DNA of 40,318 bases from Candidatus Micrarchaeaceae archaeon (GTDB taxonomy: Archaea > Micrarchaeota > Micrarchaeia > Micrarchaeales > CABMGC01), in NCBI GenBank assembly GCA_038878295.1, contig JAVZVY010000004.1, positions 1-40,318 on the forward strand, given 5' to 3'. The notes under the pieces were generated by a model. The model searched no databases, had not been told where the DNA came from, and worked only from the letters and a program-made list of their open reading frames with translations. Made by a program: the position numbers and the translations under genes. This document shows positions 28,076-38,400 of this stretch, piece after piece. Each line of letters opens with the position of its first letter. Position 1 is the stretch's first letter.

Positions 28076-29767
28076 ATGCGAAAAAACACTGAGCAGACCT
28101 CTGACTTTTTTGAAATACATCAGATGCAGCTTTTGCTTGTTTTGATTATATTTTCTGGGATTATGTCGCTGATTTTACTTAAAGGGGTTAGCATATACGG
28201 AGATGATGTATCATATATATCTCTAGTGCCGCAAATAATCTCAGGGACTTTCAAAGAGTTCGCTGATATATTTTCAATACGCTTACTTATGATATTACCA
28301 CTAGCCCTTTCTGTTTATGTGTTCGGATATAACAACCTTGGTGGAGGAGCTTATTCGATTTTGTGCTATCTTGGCGGAATTGCGATAACTTTCTTTATAG
28401 GCAGGAAGATTTACAACAGTCCAAAGACAGGGCTATTAGCAGCATTCCTTTACTCAATTTATCCTATGTCTGTAAGGTACAGCAGCACAGCTGATGTTGT
28501 TAGTCCAACCGCGTTATATCTAGGGCTCTCTCTGCTTTTCTTTGTATACGCCAAAAATGGTGGTAGCAAATGGTTCTATGTTTTTTCAGGCATTTTTACA
28601 TTTCTTGGAGCTCTCGTAGATCCGATCTCTTATGTATATGCTTTTGTCTTTTTGATCTATATCGTAGCGGTCTGCATTTTTAGCATTTATATGAAGAGGA
28701 GCCTGCACGTAGATTATTTCCCTTTCCTTTACTTCTTAGGGATTATAACTGCAGTAATTATACTCGGATTTGTAAATCTATGGATTGCAACAACGGGTGA
28801 GCCATTTTATGAACTGAATGTAACGAGCAGTTTCTACAGCAGCACAGGCACTCCTAACACAATATTTTATACCAATGCGAACTTGATGTTTTATGTCAAG
28901 GGTATGTTCCCTTACAATTTTACTGGAGAACTATTTTCCGGGCACTTCGGAAGCTTTGCAACCACGTTTAAAGACTTATTCTCTGCGTATGCTGTAACGC
29001 CAAATGATGTCGGCCTTTTTGCTTATTTTCTAGTTATTTTCGCCATTTATATATTAGTAAGAAAGGATAGGAATTCCTATTTTCTTCTCGCTTTCTCGAC
29101 GCTTGCCATGTTATACTTAGAATTCGGCACAATGAGCATAACGCATTATTATCCAATATATAGGCTTGTCAGATTTACTGTAATCATATCTATTCCGCTT
29201 ATGATAATACTCGCCAGAGGCTTAATAATTTTGATAGACAGAAAAAGAAAGAAAAGTGTATACAGGTTGTTTGGCGGCATTGCCGTTATCGCGTTGTTGT
29301 TCGTGACATCATTGCCTATCGACTACTTTTGGTATGCATTAAACCACAATTCCATGCTTTATAGCGAATTAATAGCAAACAGATTGGAAAATGCGCCTAA
29401 TATATCGAATTCCTATATTTATGCGCCCACATTGATGAACACCTTCATTCAGTATTATATGGCATTTAGACCTACAAAAGGTGTATTGTTCTATAATAAT
29501 GGAAACTATTCAGGATCGTTTCTGCCAACCTGCTCAAGCATACCAAATGGGTCGTATCTGATAATACCTTCAAAAGTTGCATTAAGCTACATAGATTACA
29601 ATGGCTCTTGGCCAGTTCCAAATCCATGGTATATAAATGAATCATGGGCATTTGATCCATCTATATGTAATCTGACATTGTATGCAGACATTTACAACTA
29701 TTCTCAAGTAAGAGCCGCCAGGATAGTCGACTTAGAATATAGTGGCAATATCTATTATAAAAAGTAA
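28076..29767 (+). CDS. GT-C fold (GT39/ArnT-like) membrane glycosyltransferase
   Basis: YGDDVSY first-loop motif; GLLAAFLYSIYP; YLEFG..RF; multi-TM. ATG 28076 chosen because TATAAAAA lies about 28 nt upstream. Confidence 0.78.
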   Translation: MRKNTEQTSDFFEIHQMQLLLVLIIFSGIMSLILLKGVSIYGDDVSYISLVPQIISGTFKEFADIFSIRLLMILPLALSVYVFGYNNLGGGAYSILCYLGGIAITFFIGRKIYNSPKTGLLAAFLYSIYPMSVRYSSTADVVSPTALYLGLSLLFFVYAKNGGSKWFYVFSGIFTFLGALVDPISYVYAFVFLIYIVAVCIFSIYMKRSLHVDYFPFLYFLGIITAVIILGFVNLWIATTGEPFYELNVTSSFYSSTGTPNTIFYTNANLMFYVKGMFPYNFTGELFSGHFGSFATTFKDLFSAYAVTPNDVGLFAYFLVIFAIYILVRKDRNSYFLLAFSTLAMLYLEFGTMSITHYYPIYRLVRFTVIISIPLMIILARGLIILIDRKRKKSVYRLFGGIAVIALLFVTSLPIDYFWYALNHNSMLYSELIANRLENAPNISNSYIYAPTLMNTFIQYYMAFRPTKGVLFYNNGNYSGSFLPTCSSIPNGSYLIIPSKVALSYIDYNGSWPVPNPWYINESWAFDPSICNLTLYADIYNYSQVRAARIVDLEYSGNIYYKK

Positions 29768-29804
29768 CTGCGCATTGAGTCTATTGAAAAATGCAATGCA
29801 GTGA

Positions 29805-31802
29805 ATGAGTATGTTGCTTGCGTTGTTGTTTATTGTGCTTTCTGTTTTGCTTGGAGTCAGTATTCTATCTAAGATTGATTTTGCAAAAGGCGTTATAGTA
29901 AAATTTACGTTTGGTTTTCCAGTAGGTATGATTATATCGAGTTTTATACTTTTTGCACTCTATGCTGTAAATGGATATTTCGACAACACTATATTTTATG
30001 TAACTTTGGTTTTGATCGCTTCAATCACAATCGTGCTGTTTTATCCATTCAGATTCGACAAATTTAGTGTTTATGATTACACCAACCAGAAAAAAGAAAG
30101 GACAACATTTATGCATGTAACTATCTGGTCGCTAATTGTCTACGCGATAATCGCCTTTGTCCTATTAAGCTCTCTATATATGAAGAATGGAACGCTTTAC
30201 TGCTTGGGCCCAGCAATATGCTCGGATCTCATGTATCATATAGGCATTGGCAATTCGCTGATTTATACGCATTTTCCACCGAAATACTTATTTACCATAG
30301 ATGCGACTAATGTATTTCCATTTATCAGTGATTTTTATACTGCAGTACTAATCAGGTTTGGGCTAGGGTTGCAGTGGGCTGTGCTTCTGCCGGATTTGAT
30401 ACTCTTTTTTTCTGCGGTTCTCGGAACAGGATTTCTTGCATACAGGATTACAAAAAATTTATTTATAACGGTGGCTTCGCTCTTTATTTTCTGGTTTGGC
30501 AGCGATTATTTTATGGCGATAATTCTTTACTCCCTTAGTAGAGTATCAAGCTTAGTTCCAAACTTCCTTCAACCATTAAGCATAGTCTTAGGAGATTATG
30601 GAATAAATACAACTGGAATTGGAGCCATATTAAGTTCAGCACAGTTCATAGTAAGTGGATGGACGTCAATAATTTATCAAATGCTTCTGCCACAAAGAGA
30701 TTTTGTTATGGGTCTGCCTATAGGCGTAATGCTCATATATGCGATTTACCTGATAGCGTTTGAAAAAGTCAGATTCAATAAAAAAGAACTCGTCTTTATG
30801 GGCGTGATGGCTGGCACCCTGCCTTTAGTTCATCCTGTAACGCTTGAGGTCATAGGCTTTGTTGGTATATTTGCGTTCGCATACATGCTTAGTGATAAAA
30901 AGCTTAGAAAGCTGGCAGTCTATGAGTTTTTAATTATCTTAATACCGCTAATCTGTCTTGCGGTACCACAACTAGCGTACATGACGCATCAGAAACTAGC
31001 CGCAGGATGGTATAAATTTGTGTATCAGAGCTTCATTCCGGCAACTGGAAATTACTTCCTATCTGCGGTTTATGGAATAGCAAATATCCTTATTTACTGG
31101 ATTGAGATGGTTGGCATTCCATTAATACTTGCGATCATAGGCCTTAAGCTCGCTTCGAAGAAGGTCAAATTTATGTTTGTACCTTTCCTCCTACTGTGGA
31201 TTTTCATAACCGTATATGCGGTACAGCCAAATCCTGTGGATTCAAACAAAATATTTGTATACGTTTTCATGATTATCAGTATTCTCGCGGCATACCCCTT
31301 ATTTTGGTTATATCGTAAGAAAGCTCTGTTAGCTAAGATTGCGGCGGTTGTGATAATAGCTTCTATAAGTCTCAATTTTGCATTTGTGTACAGATACTGG
31401 GCATTGTCACCTCTGCCATGGATAACAAGTTCTGCATTCAATGCTGTTGGATTTATTTTGAATAACACGAACCAGAGTGCTATATTTGCTGTTAGCAACA
31501 ACGATTCGTTGCTTCAGACAGTCTCTAGCTTGGCCCATAGGCAGACAATAATTTCTATAGAGTTTTATGTTTCGATAGATGAGTATACCTATCCATTACA
31601 GCTCCTAGATAAAATAAATACACAGGTTTTTGAAAATGGAAACTGTTCGGTAATAAGGGATTATAACATTTCGTATATATTTTATCAGGAAAGCAATACG
31701 AGCGGCGAAAAAGTATTTGAAAACAGCAATTTCGTGATGCTTTACAACACTACAGATAACTTGAGAAATAGAGTTATTGCAATCTACAAAGCAATCTGTT
31801 AA
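29805..31802 (+). CDS. Large polytopic membrane protein, probable GT-C glycosyltransferase
   Basis: More than 12 TMs; SDLMYH loop; LPQR, LPLVHP, DSNK motifs; C-terminal soluble domain ending in YNISYIF. Confidence 0.65.
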   Translation: MSMLLALLFIVLSVLLGVSILSKIDFAKGVIVKFTFGFPVGMIISSFILFALYAVNGYFDNTIFYVTLVLIASITIVLFYPFRFDKFSVYDYTNQKKERTTFMHVTIWSLIVYAIIAFVLLSSLYMKNGTLYCLGPAICSDLMYHIGIGNSLIYTHFPPKYLFTIDATNVFPFISDFYTAVLIRFGLGLQWAVLLPDLILFFSAVLGTGFLAYRITKNLFITVASLFIFWFGSDYFMAIILYSLSRVSSLVPNFLQPLSIVLGDYGINTTGIGAILSSAQFIVSGWTSIIYQMLLPQRDFVMGLPIGVMLIYAIYLIAFEKVRFNKKELVFMGVMAGTLPLVHPVTLEVIGFVGIFAFAYMLSDKKLRKLAVYEFLIILIPLICLAVPQLAYMTHQKLAAGWYKFVYQSFIPATGNYFLSAVYGIANILIYWIEMVGIPLILAIIGLKLASKKVKFMFVPFLLLWIFITVYAVQPNPVDSNKIFVYVFMIISILAAYPLFWLYRKKALLAKIAAVVIIASISLNFAFVYRYWALSPLPWITSSAFNAVGFILNNTNQSAIFAVSNNDSLLQTVSSLAHRQTIISIEFYVSIDEYTYPLQLLDKINTQVFENGNCSVIRDYNISYIFYQESNTSGEKVFENSNFVMLYNTTDNLRNRVIAIYKAIC

Positions 31803-31804
31803 AG

Positions 31805-33247
31805 CTAATTGGATTGACTCGTGTTACTACTCAGAAGGGCGCTAATCGGAATGCTCTTTATGATGCCGTTTAAGCCTCCGATAATCGCATAATTTTTCGT
31901 CAAGACAAATTCGTTCTCAAGATGCGGGATTCCTATATCGGTTTCATTTATTATCCGCCCTGTCGTCGCATTAACGACAAACATTACTCCATAATCATTT
32001 GCTATAATCAGCATGCCGTTGTATACATTCGGATTGCTCTCACACTGGCCAGTGTTTACGGCCCATAGCGGCTTTCCAGTGGTTATGTTTATTGCGAACA
32101 ACCAGCCAAGGAAATTGGAATCAGCGAAGGCTATGCCATGCCATATTGTTATTGGTGATATTGAATTTTCTGTAAAATTTATATACGTCCCTGGAAGTAA
32201 TGGTGGTTGATCTGGCACTGCTGTTTTATTTAGTACCTGATTTTCATTAACTTCCCAAAGTATTTTGCCTGTTGTGCTATTTATTCCTACGATTACAGGA
32301 TTACCATAGACACTCTCGAACAGATAGCCAGTCACTATGGTTCCATTCCAGTAGGCTGGGGTTACATCATTTATGCCGCCACCAGCATGTGTAAAATTTA
32401 TGTTCCATATTATCTTATTTGTGGTAAGGTTGATTGCGAAAAAATGGAAATCTTGTGGAGTTGATGCTCCATTTGAAAAATTCGCCCCGCCTCCACCGAA
32501 GTACGCAGTGCCATTTACTACAAGCGGAGAAGATAGAGTAGTAGGCACATCAGTCAGCACAGTTGTTATATAATTTCCCGTCGTAGCATTCAGAACAATT
32601 GCTCCACCGCCACCCATCGCTGGCTCTATTATTTCGCCGTTGAAATACGAAGGTGTTGCTATTTGTGTAAAAGTGGTGTTATATTGCCAAACGATCTTAC
32701 CATTGGTAATATTCAAGGCGATTATAGCATAGGCATAGTTCCAGTACTTCACTGGGGCTTCTAGGTTGTTGCCCTCAGCAATTATTACAAGATTGCCAAC
32801 AGTAATTGGTTGTGTCATTATCTGATCTGGAAAGTTGTGCCTCCAGAGTATTTTACTTGTATTCAAGTCGATTGCTATGACGGAACCGTTAGTTAGATCA
32901 TATCTTTGCGAGTCAAGATACTTAAAAAGACCAAAGGTCGTAACTAAAAGCTTGTTGCTGTATATTGTTGGCGTGGCAAAAATGGCTTCGCTCACATTAA
33001 GATTTATTGGATTTATGGTGATATTTAAGGAATATGTGTGGTGCAGATTTGCATCTAGCTGGTACACTGGAGGCTGGCTTAAAGGAAAAATGTTGCTGCT
33101 ACTCGAAACTTGCTGGCTATTTATAGATTTATATAGATTATAGCTTCCCAAGACACCTAGGAAAAATATAAGTAAGATTCCGGCAGCGACCGCAACAAAG
33201 ATGGGCGCATTAGGATGACCATTTTTATTTCGAGCCATATTTGACAC
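31805..33247 (-). CDS. Membrane-anchored PQQ-like beta-propeller protein, copy 2
   Basis: Nearly colinear with 26300..27727, with long identical peptides (e.g. VTTFGLFKYLDSQRYDLTNGSVIAIDLNT). The N-terminal anchor differs. Confidence 0.85.
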   Translation of the reverse strand: MSNMARNKNGHPNAPIFVAVAAGILLIFFLGVLGSYNLYKSINSQQVSSSSNIFPLSQPPVYQLDANLHHTYSLNITINPINLNVSEAIFATPTIYSNKLLVTTFGLFKYLDSQRYDLTNGSVIAIDLNTSKILWRHNFPDQIMTQPITVGNLVIIAEGNNLEAPVKYWNYAYAIIALNITNGKIVWQYNTTFTQIATPSYFNGEIIEPAMGGGGAIVLNATTGNYITTVLTDVPTTLSSPLVVNGTAYFGGGGANFSNGASTPQDFHFFAINLTTNKIIWNINFTHAGGGINDVTPAYWNGTIVTGYLFESVYGNPVIVGINSTTGKILWEVNENQVLNKTAVPDQPPLLPGTYINFTENSISPITIWHGIAFADSNFLGWLFAINITTGKPLWAVNTGQCESNPNVYNGMLIIANDYGVMFVVNATTGRIINETDIGIPHLENEFVLTKNYAIIGGLNGIIKSIPISALLSSNTSQSN

Positions 33248-33302
33248 CTGGAAAGCACATCCGAGCCTCGTTAGACATATTATTTTAATGATAAAAACCT
33301 TA

Positions 33303-34229
33303 TTAAATGTCAGTCTGATTCCAGTTGCTCAGAAAAGTCACATTATAAGGCATACCATTGTAGCCATTTCCTGAATAGTCGTTGGCATCGCCATTGAGCG
33401 GCCACTATGCAGCGAGATTCCGCAGGTTTAACGGCGCGCCGCCTATACCCTTCAAATATAGAGTTTCTATCTCTCCAGCTGAAAGAGATGTATTGTAAAT
33501 CTGCACATCCGAAATCGAACCGTTGACAAAATTGCCGTTATATGCTGGATTGTATCCCAGAGAAATAGGCAAATTGCTCCATATAAGTCCATTGAAGCTA
33601 CCAGTTCCGGCTAGTTTTCCATTTATGTATGCATAAATCTGACCGGTAGTGCTATTGTATGTCCCTGCATAGTAGTACCATTTATTTGAAGAAATATTGA
33701 CCCACCAAAATGCAGAGCCTTTTGAAACGCCATTGCCTACGTCGAAATGCCCAATGTGGCCACCCATTGCGACAGAAAGCTGAACACCTCTATGATCACC
33801 GCTTACATCTGTATGCCCATTTGCAACGAACCTTGGATTGTCTTCATAAATGACATTTGGCAGGTAGAACCATGCGCCTATGGTAATTGCGGGCATGTTG
33901 ACTGTCATATATGGCGTAGATATGTGGCTTTTGGCGAGGGCGTTGAAACCTGCGACATACTGCGGCAATCCGTTGCTGCACGCTCCTTCAAACTTGACGC
34001 CCTGTACAGTCAATGAGCCATGCGGTCTGCATACTTGACAAAAACTTGAAGATGCATTATGTGAAGGCATATAATAGTTATGTACCCCAAACATCATCAC
34101 AATGACTAACGCGATAGCAGCTGCCACAAGGTTATAGCCCATAATGTGCCTTCTGAATTTTCTTGCACCAATTTTGCCACTAATACGATAGTAAATTGCT
34201 GCCCAGTATAACATTGCAGCTCCACACAT
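33303..34229 (-). pseudogene. LamG/concanavalin-like surface protein with an in-frame TAG at 33405-33407
   Basis: LamG motifs WYYYAGTYN, AYINGKL, NGSISDVQIYNTSLS. After the TAG the frame continues WPLNGDANDYSGNGYNG...TDI to TAA at 33303, completing the conserved WWPLNG.ANDYSG motif. Confidence 0.7.
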
Positions 34230-34428
34230 GTGGAAGATATATATTTTGATTTATTATTAAAGTGTTAAAGTTTTATATTTGTGCCGTTTCGTCGTTGAAT
34301 GCTAGTATGGCTGTTTAGATTAAGGTTGCTGCTAACAGAGTTCCCCTAGCAGAGGCACGTCTACACAGTAAGCTTCTGTTGTTTTTGACTTATGCCTAAC
34401 AAAAATCACACATTTTCAATAATGCCTG

Positions 34429-35973
34429 CTAAGTTGCTGCTTTATTGAGGTAAAGATAGATAGCAGTTTTGGAAACATCAGTTTCATTTTTTAGGAAGTC
34501 AACCTGCTGCCACGACGGACAGCTTAAGACATTATTTGAGCTCGATAATGTAGAATTTACGATTATTATATAATCGTAGTTCTCACTAGAACTGCAATTA
34601 GTTATGAATCCGCTGTAGTATTTGAACCTACTTGTGTTATCAAAATGCATGTATACTATTATGTTTGGTAGGTATGAAGGCAAGTAGATTGTAGTTGAAT
34701 TTGGCAATGAACTCAAGTATGAAGCAAGATAAAATTGAGGCAGCATACTGTTCAAATACGAATTATAATTAAAAACGTTTGTTTTTGCTGAGGTAAATAC
34801 CAAAGATGCAACTATTACTGCACCAATGATGAGTGCAGCTGGCCTGCGCTTTTTGTGCGCTGAATATATTTTTACTATTAAGATAGATGGCAAGATACAC
34901 ATTGGCGAAGAGAGCAGAGTTAAAAATCGCCATTCCTGTGGTATTGTAGCATACCTAAATGGGAAGAGATTTATGTACATAGGGCCAGCTATAAGGTATA
35001 AGAGGCCGAATGCAAACCAGAAAACCGGGAGGTATGATACCCTCACCTTTCTAAACAATAGATACGCAGATGCAGCAATTGAGATGTAAAAGAAGAGGCT
35101 TGTACTGATTACAGCTACTACAGGCTTAAAGTACAGGTTTGGAAGTAGTAGCACTTCATAATATGGTGAAGGTGCAGCTGGAGCTATGAAATATGGTCCA
35201 GAAGCGAATCCAATAGATATCTCAATGGTTAGTAGAGGATTGCCACTGACGATGTAATCAAATATAGTTAGTAGTGCAACTGAAAGCAGAACTCCGCTCA
35301 GTATATGGGCACTTTTCCGTGTTATTCTTATTCCAGTCAATTGTTTTGGGCTGATATACAAAATCAGCAGGTATCCTACAATGATTACTCCGATTACTGC
35401 GCCTAAAGGCGATGCGAGGAAAGCTGCAAATATCGAAATGCCTGTCACAAAGTAATATCTTGAACTATCTCTTGAGTAGCCCCTGATGAATGATAGCACA
35501 GCCAACGCTGCAAACATAGCCATTGGGATTGTTTCGTTTCCACTGCTACCAAGCATGATTAGAATCGGGAAAAAGCTGAGCAGAAAGGCTGAAAGCAATC
35601 CAGCATATTCATTGTAGAGCTCTTTGCCTATATAAAAGGTTATAATAACTAGGAGCACTGTAGAAATTATATTCCACATCGCGTTGGATAAAAAGTTTAC
35701 GCCAAGCAGCTTGTAGAATATCGCAATTGGTATTATCTGCAGAAGCCTCGCACTGTAGGGAGGCAAAAAAATGAAGTCACTATTTCCTGTATAGAGCCAA
35801 TAAGCGAGCATTTCATATGTAGTGTCATCATCATAGAAGGATGGCGCCATGAGGTGCGTGAATAGATAAGCGGCAAGGGATACAAGCAGCACAGCCAATA
35901 AAATATAAATGATAGCGTGACCTGATTTTTTGTCAGGCCTCGCGGATTTTGCATGCATAATTCCCATCTGCAT
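34429..35973 (-). CDS. GT-C fold (GT39/ArnT-like) membrane glycosyltransferase
   Basis: HLMAPSFYDDDTTYEMLAY, ETIPMA, CPSWQQV motifs shared with 24352..25911. Confidence 0.78.
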   Translation of the reverse strand: MQMGIMHAKSARPDKKSGHAIIYILLAVLLVSLAAYLFTHLMAPSFYDDDTTYEMLAYWLYTGNSDFIFLPPYSARLLQIIPIAIFYKLLGVNFLSNAMWNIISTVLLVIITFYIGKELYNEYAGLLSAFLLSFFPILIMLGSSGNETIPMAMFAALAVLSFIRGYSRDSSRYYFVTGISIFAAFLASPLGAVIGVIIVGYLLILYISPKQLTGIRITRKSAHILSGVLLSVALLTIFDYIVSGNPLLTIEISIGFASGPYFIAPAAPSPYYEVLLLPNLYFKPVVAVISTSLFFYISIAASAYLLFRKVRVSYLPVFWFAFGLLYLIAGPMYINLFPFRYATIPQEWRFLTLLSSPMCILPSILIVKIYSAHKKRRPAALIIGAVIVASLVFTSAKTNVFNYNSYLNSMLPQFYLASYLSSLPNSTTIYLPSYLPNIIVYMHFDNTSRFKYYSGFITNCSSSENYDYIIIVNSTLSSSNNVLSCPSWQQVDFLKNETDVSKTAIYLYLNKAAT

Positions 35974-36258
35974 TCATTGAACCGCCCTTATAGACATGAC
36001 CACAGAAACATCAGCAAATTTTGATCTTCTTGCTTATAGGATGTTGAATTTTTAAATATTTATCTTTCAGGATAGGCCCTGATCTAGACTGCTCAAGCCC
36101 ATGCCTAGTCGGAGAAAAATGCAGAAGGCAGAAAGATGGTGTTGCCAGAAATGGAGCAAAATTTAGCAAATGAGACCGCGAAAAACCCATGAATAGACTT
36201 ATTAAATCGAAGCATGCAAAGGGAGAGCAGCAAAAAGGAGAGAAGTTACATGCGACTC

Positions 36259-36915
36259 CTATATATACTTCTTTATCAGCGCCTTTGCCAAGTTGATGCC
36301 TATGCTATCGGAAAGATAGCCGTAGCCATTAAGCTCTATTACTCCTATTTTGTTCCCAAAATAGAAAATTAACGTCTCTTCATAGATGGGTAAGCCTCCA
36401 GGGGCAGTCGCATTCTGTATTGCACTCTGGTTGTATGCAGCTATTGAATGCACATCGAAGATTGAGATGTTTAGACCAGCCTCAGAGAGGGTTGTAACCG
36501 TAGTGCTGTTATATATGTATCCTAACTGTGTGTTGTTTACCTCGTGGCTGAAAATCAATGTAGATGCTATATCTTTTGCTGACGACGCATTTGTCATGAG
36601 GAAGATTACAGAAGTTATCGCTACGGGCATATACGAATAGAATTTACTCCCAGTATAGTTGAATGTGGAGACACTTGAAGCCACGTATCCTGTGCTTCTC
36701 AGTGCAGGGATGAATACTGTGATTTTGTTGTTCATTATCTGGGCGTAGGATGCATTCCCGGTCGCCTGAACTACATCTGCTTGATTGAGATTGGCAAGAC
36801 TATTGATTGGATTTGCGTACCAGTAAACAGCAATCAGGGCTGCTACAATGAATAGTATGAGTGCAGCAATTCCGATGACCTTTCTGCCTGTTAATTTGCC
36901 TATCAGCAATTTCAT
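36259..36915 (-). CDS. Membrane-anchored extracellular protein, paralog type B (copy 2)
   Basis: N-terminal TM; PVAITSVIFLMTNASSA and LIFYFGNKIGVI motifs; resembles 37702..38400. Confidence 0.75.
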   Translation of the reverse strand: MKLLIGKLTGRKVIGIAALILFIVAALIAVYWYANPINSLANLNQADVVQATGNASYAQIMNNKITVFIPALRSTGYVASSVSTFNYTGSKFYSYMPVAITSVIFLMTNASSAKDIASTLIFSHEVNNTQLGYIYNSTTVTTLSEAGLNISIFDVHSIAAYNQSAIQNATAPGGLPIYEETLIFYFGNKIGVIELNGYGYLSDSIGINLAKALIKKYI

Positions 36916-36957
36916 TTAATCTCGGTGCGAGTCCGCGGCTTTGGCCGCGCATTCTGG

Positions 36958-37689
36958 CTACGTGCCAGTTCTACTTAATTCAAGATAAATATGCGATGCT
37001 ATTTCTTTAGTGTAATTGATATTGTAATGATTTAACACGCCATATATAGGCACTATTATCACATATCTTCCATATTGAAATGCAGCTTGGCTAAACTCAA
37101 GGGTATGGTATAGAGGTACGATTGTCACTATTGAAGAGTTTCCACCTATCCCTGGATTTGCCACATACGTTGCAGTATAAGTGTAGTTGCCATAAGATAT
37201 ATTCTTTTCAAGAATACTCAAAAGAGCTTTCTCCCCAAAAAGTTTATGAAAATCATTGAACGCTCCTGTTGCGTTTGAAAAGATATATACATTTATATTA
37301 ACCACCACAGGATATGAAATATTTGAAAATTCTGGAGGCAACTGCAGTTGATATGAAGGGGGAGGCTCAGATGGGCCTAAAATTAGAGGCCCGGTGAAGT
37401 TAAGACCGTAGCTTTTTGCGTCACTATAGATTACAACAGAACCTGGCAGTACAGATGTCCCACTTGTAATAGGAATATAATGGTAATATACAGTATACAT
37501 TGATTGATTTGGGAGCCCGTAGAGCGCATTTGTGATATTGTCAATGCTTCCAACCTGCAATAAAACAGTGCTTTCTGGTCTGTTTTCGGGTCTGACATAT
37601 GCGATAATTATTATTGATACAAGTGCAACCAATGCGATAAGCAATGCTTTCGCCCTGCCATCGTATTTTTCTGAACGTTTTCTGTTCAT
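36958..37689 (-). CDS. Membrane-anchored extracellular protein, paralog type A (copy 2)
   Basis: N-terminal TM; TNALYGLP, YGLNFTGP, PVVVNINVYIFSNATGA, FQYGRYVI, NYTKEIASHIY motifs; resembles 38401..39246. Confidence 0.75.
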   Translation of the reverse strand: MNRKRSEKYDGRAKALLIALVALVSIIIIAYVRPENRPESTVLLQVGSIDNITNALYGLPNQSMYTVYYHYIPITSGTSVLPGSVVIYSDAKSYGLNFTGPLILGPSEPPPSYQLQLPPEFSNISYPVVVNINVYIFSNATGAFNDFHKLFGEKALLSILEKNISYGNYTYTATYVANPGIGGNSSIVTIVPLYHTLEFSQAAFQYGRYVIIVPIYGVLNHYNINYTKEIASHIYLELSRTGT

Positions 37690-37701
37690 ATTTATCAGGC
37701 A

Positions 37702-38400
37702 TTACAAGCTATTTGCATCTATAAGCTTTCTTATTAGGTAATTAGTGAGTGAAATAACGGCAGAATCGTTAAGCTCGGGGTATATACTGTATGTTGTGAC
37801 GGAACCTATCACATTTCTGTATATGAAGAGCGACTCGAGCTGGAAGTCTGGAGACATAGGATAGCCGTATTTCTCAATATTGGTGGCATTAAATATAGAG
37901 GTATGCAGTACAGCCACAGACTTAATTATATGCACAGCCGTAGTTATGTCACCATATGCGAATGTATAATTTGAAATTGTCTGATTAGCATTGCCACTAT
38001 AAAACATATTTGGATAAGCTGATGAAGCCGCTGCCTGGCTACGCATTATATACAGCGTAGAGATTATGTAGATCGGCAGACTTGTATGGTTGGCTGGATC
38101 TCCCTCCTCTTGGAAGAATGAAACAGAGATAAGGCGGTAAGCTGTGCTGTTTGGTGCTTCCACTACGCTATCTACTTTTATGCCGTTATATCCCACTATG
38201 GCTATAAGGCGGTTTATCTCAGAACTGTTTAAATTGAGTTCTGCATATGTGGTATAGTTTGCACTTGCATTTGCTAAGGCCTTGTTATTTTGCATGGACT
38301 GGTAATACTGAAGTGCTAATACTAAAACCAGCACAATAATTATGGCAAATAGTATGATTATAGTAAATAATACGACGCTCTTTGACTGCATTTCCCTCAA
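37702..38400 (-). CDS. Membrane-anchored extracellular protein, paralog type B (copy 1)
   Basis: N-terminal TM; PIYIISTLYIMRSQAAA and LFIYRNVIGSV motifs. Abuts the upstream stop; ATG 38391 with a GAGG SD is an alternative start. Confidence 0.75.
   Translation of the reverse strand: MREMQSKSVVLFTIIILFAIIIVLVLVLALQYYQSMQNNKALANASANYTTYAELNLNSSEINRLIAIVGYNGIKVDSVVEAPNSTAYRLISVSFFQEEGDPANHTSLPIYIISTLYIMRSQAAASSAYPNMFYSGNANQTISNYTFAYGDITTAVHIIKSVAVLHTSIFNATNIEKYGYPMSPDFQLESLFIYRNVIGSVTTYSIYPELNDSAVISLTNYLIRKLIDANSL

Noticed and set aside
33405..33407. Pyrrolysine or genome-wide TAG recoding
   Set aside because: TAG serves as a normal stop for several genes here (for example 5166 and 8382), no pyl genes are seen, and the position is a conserved Trp.
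36934..36949. GC hairpin CGCGGC-N4-GCCGCG between paralogs
   Set aside because: Only a 6-bp stem, a single occurrence and no U-tract, so too weak to call.
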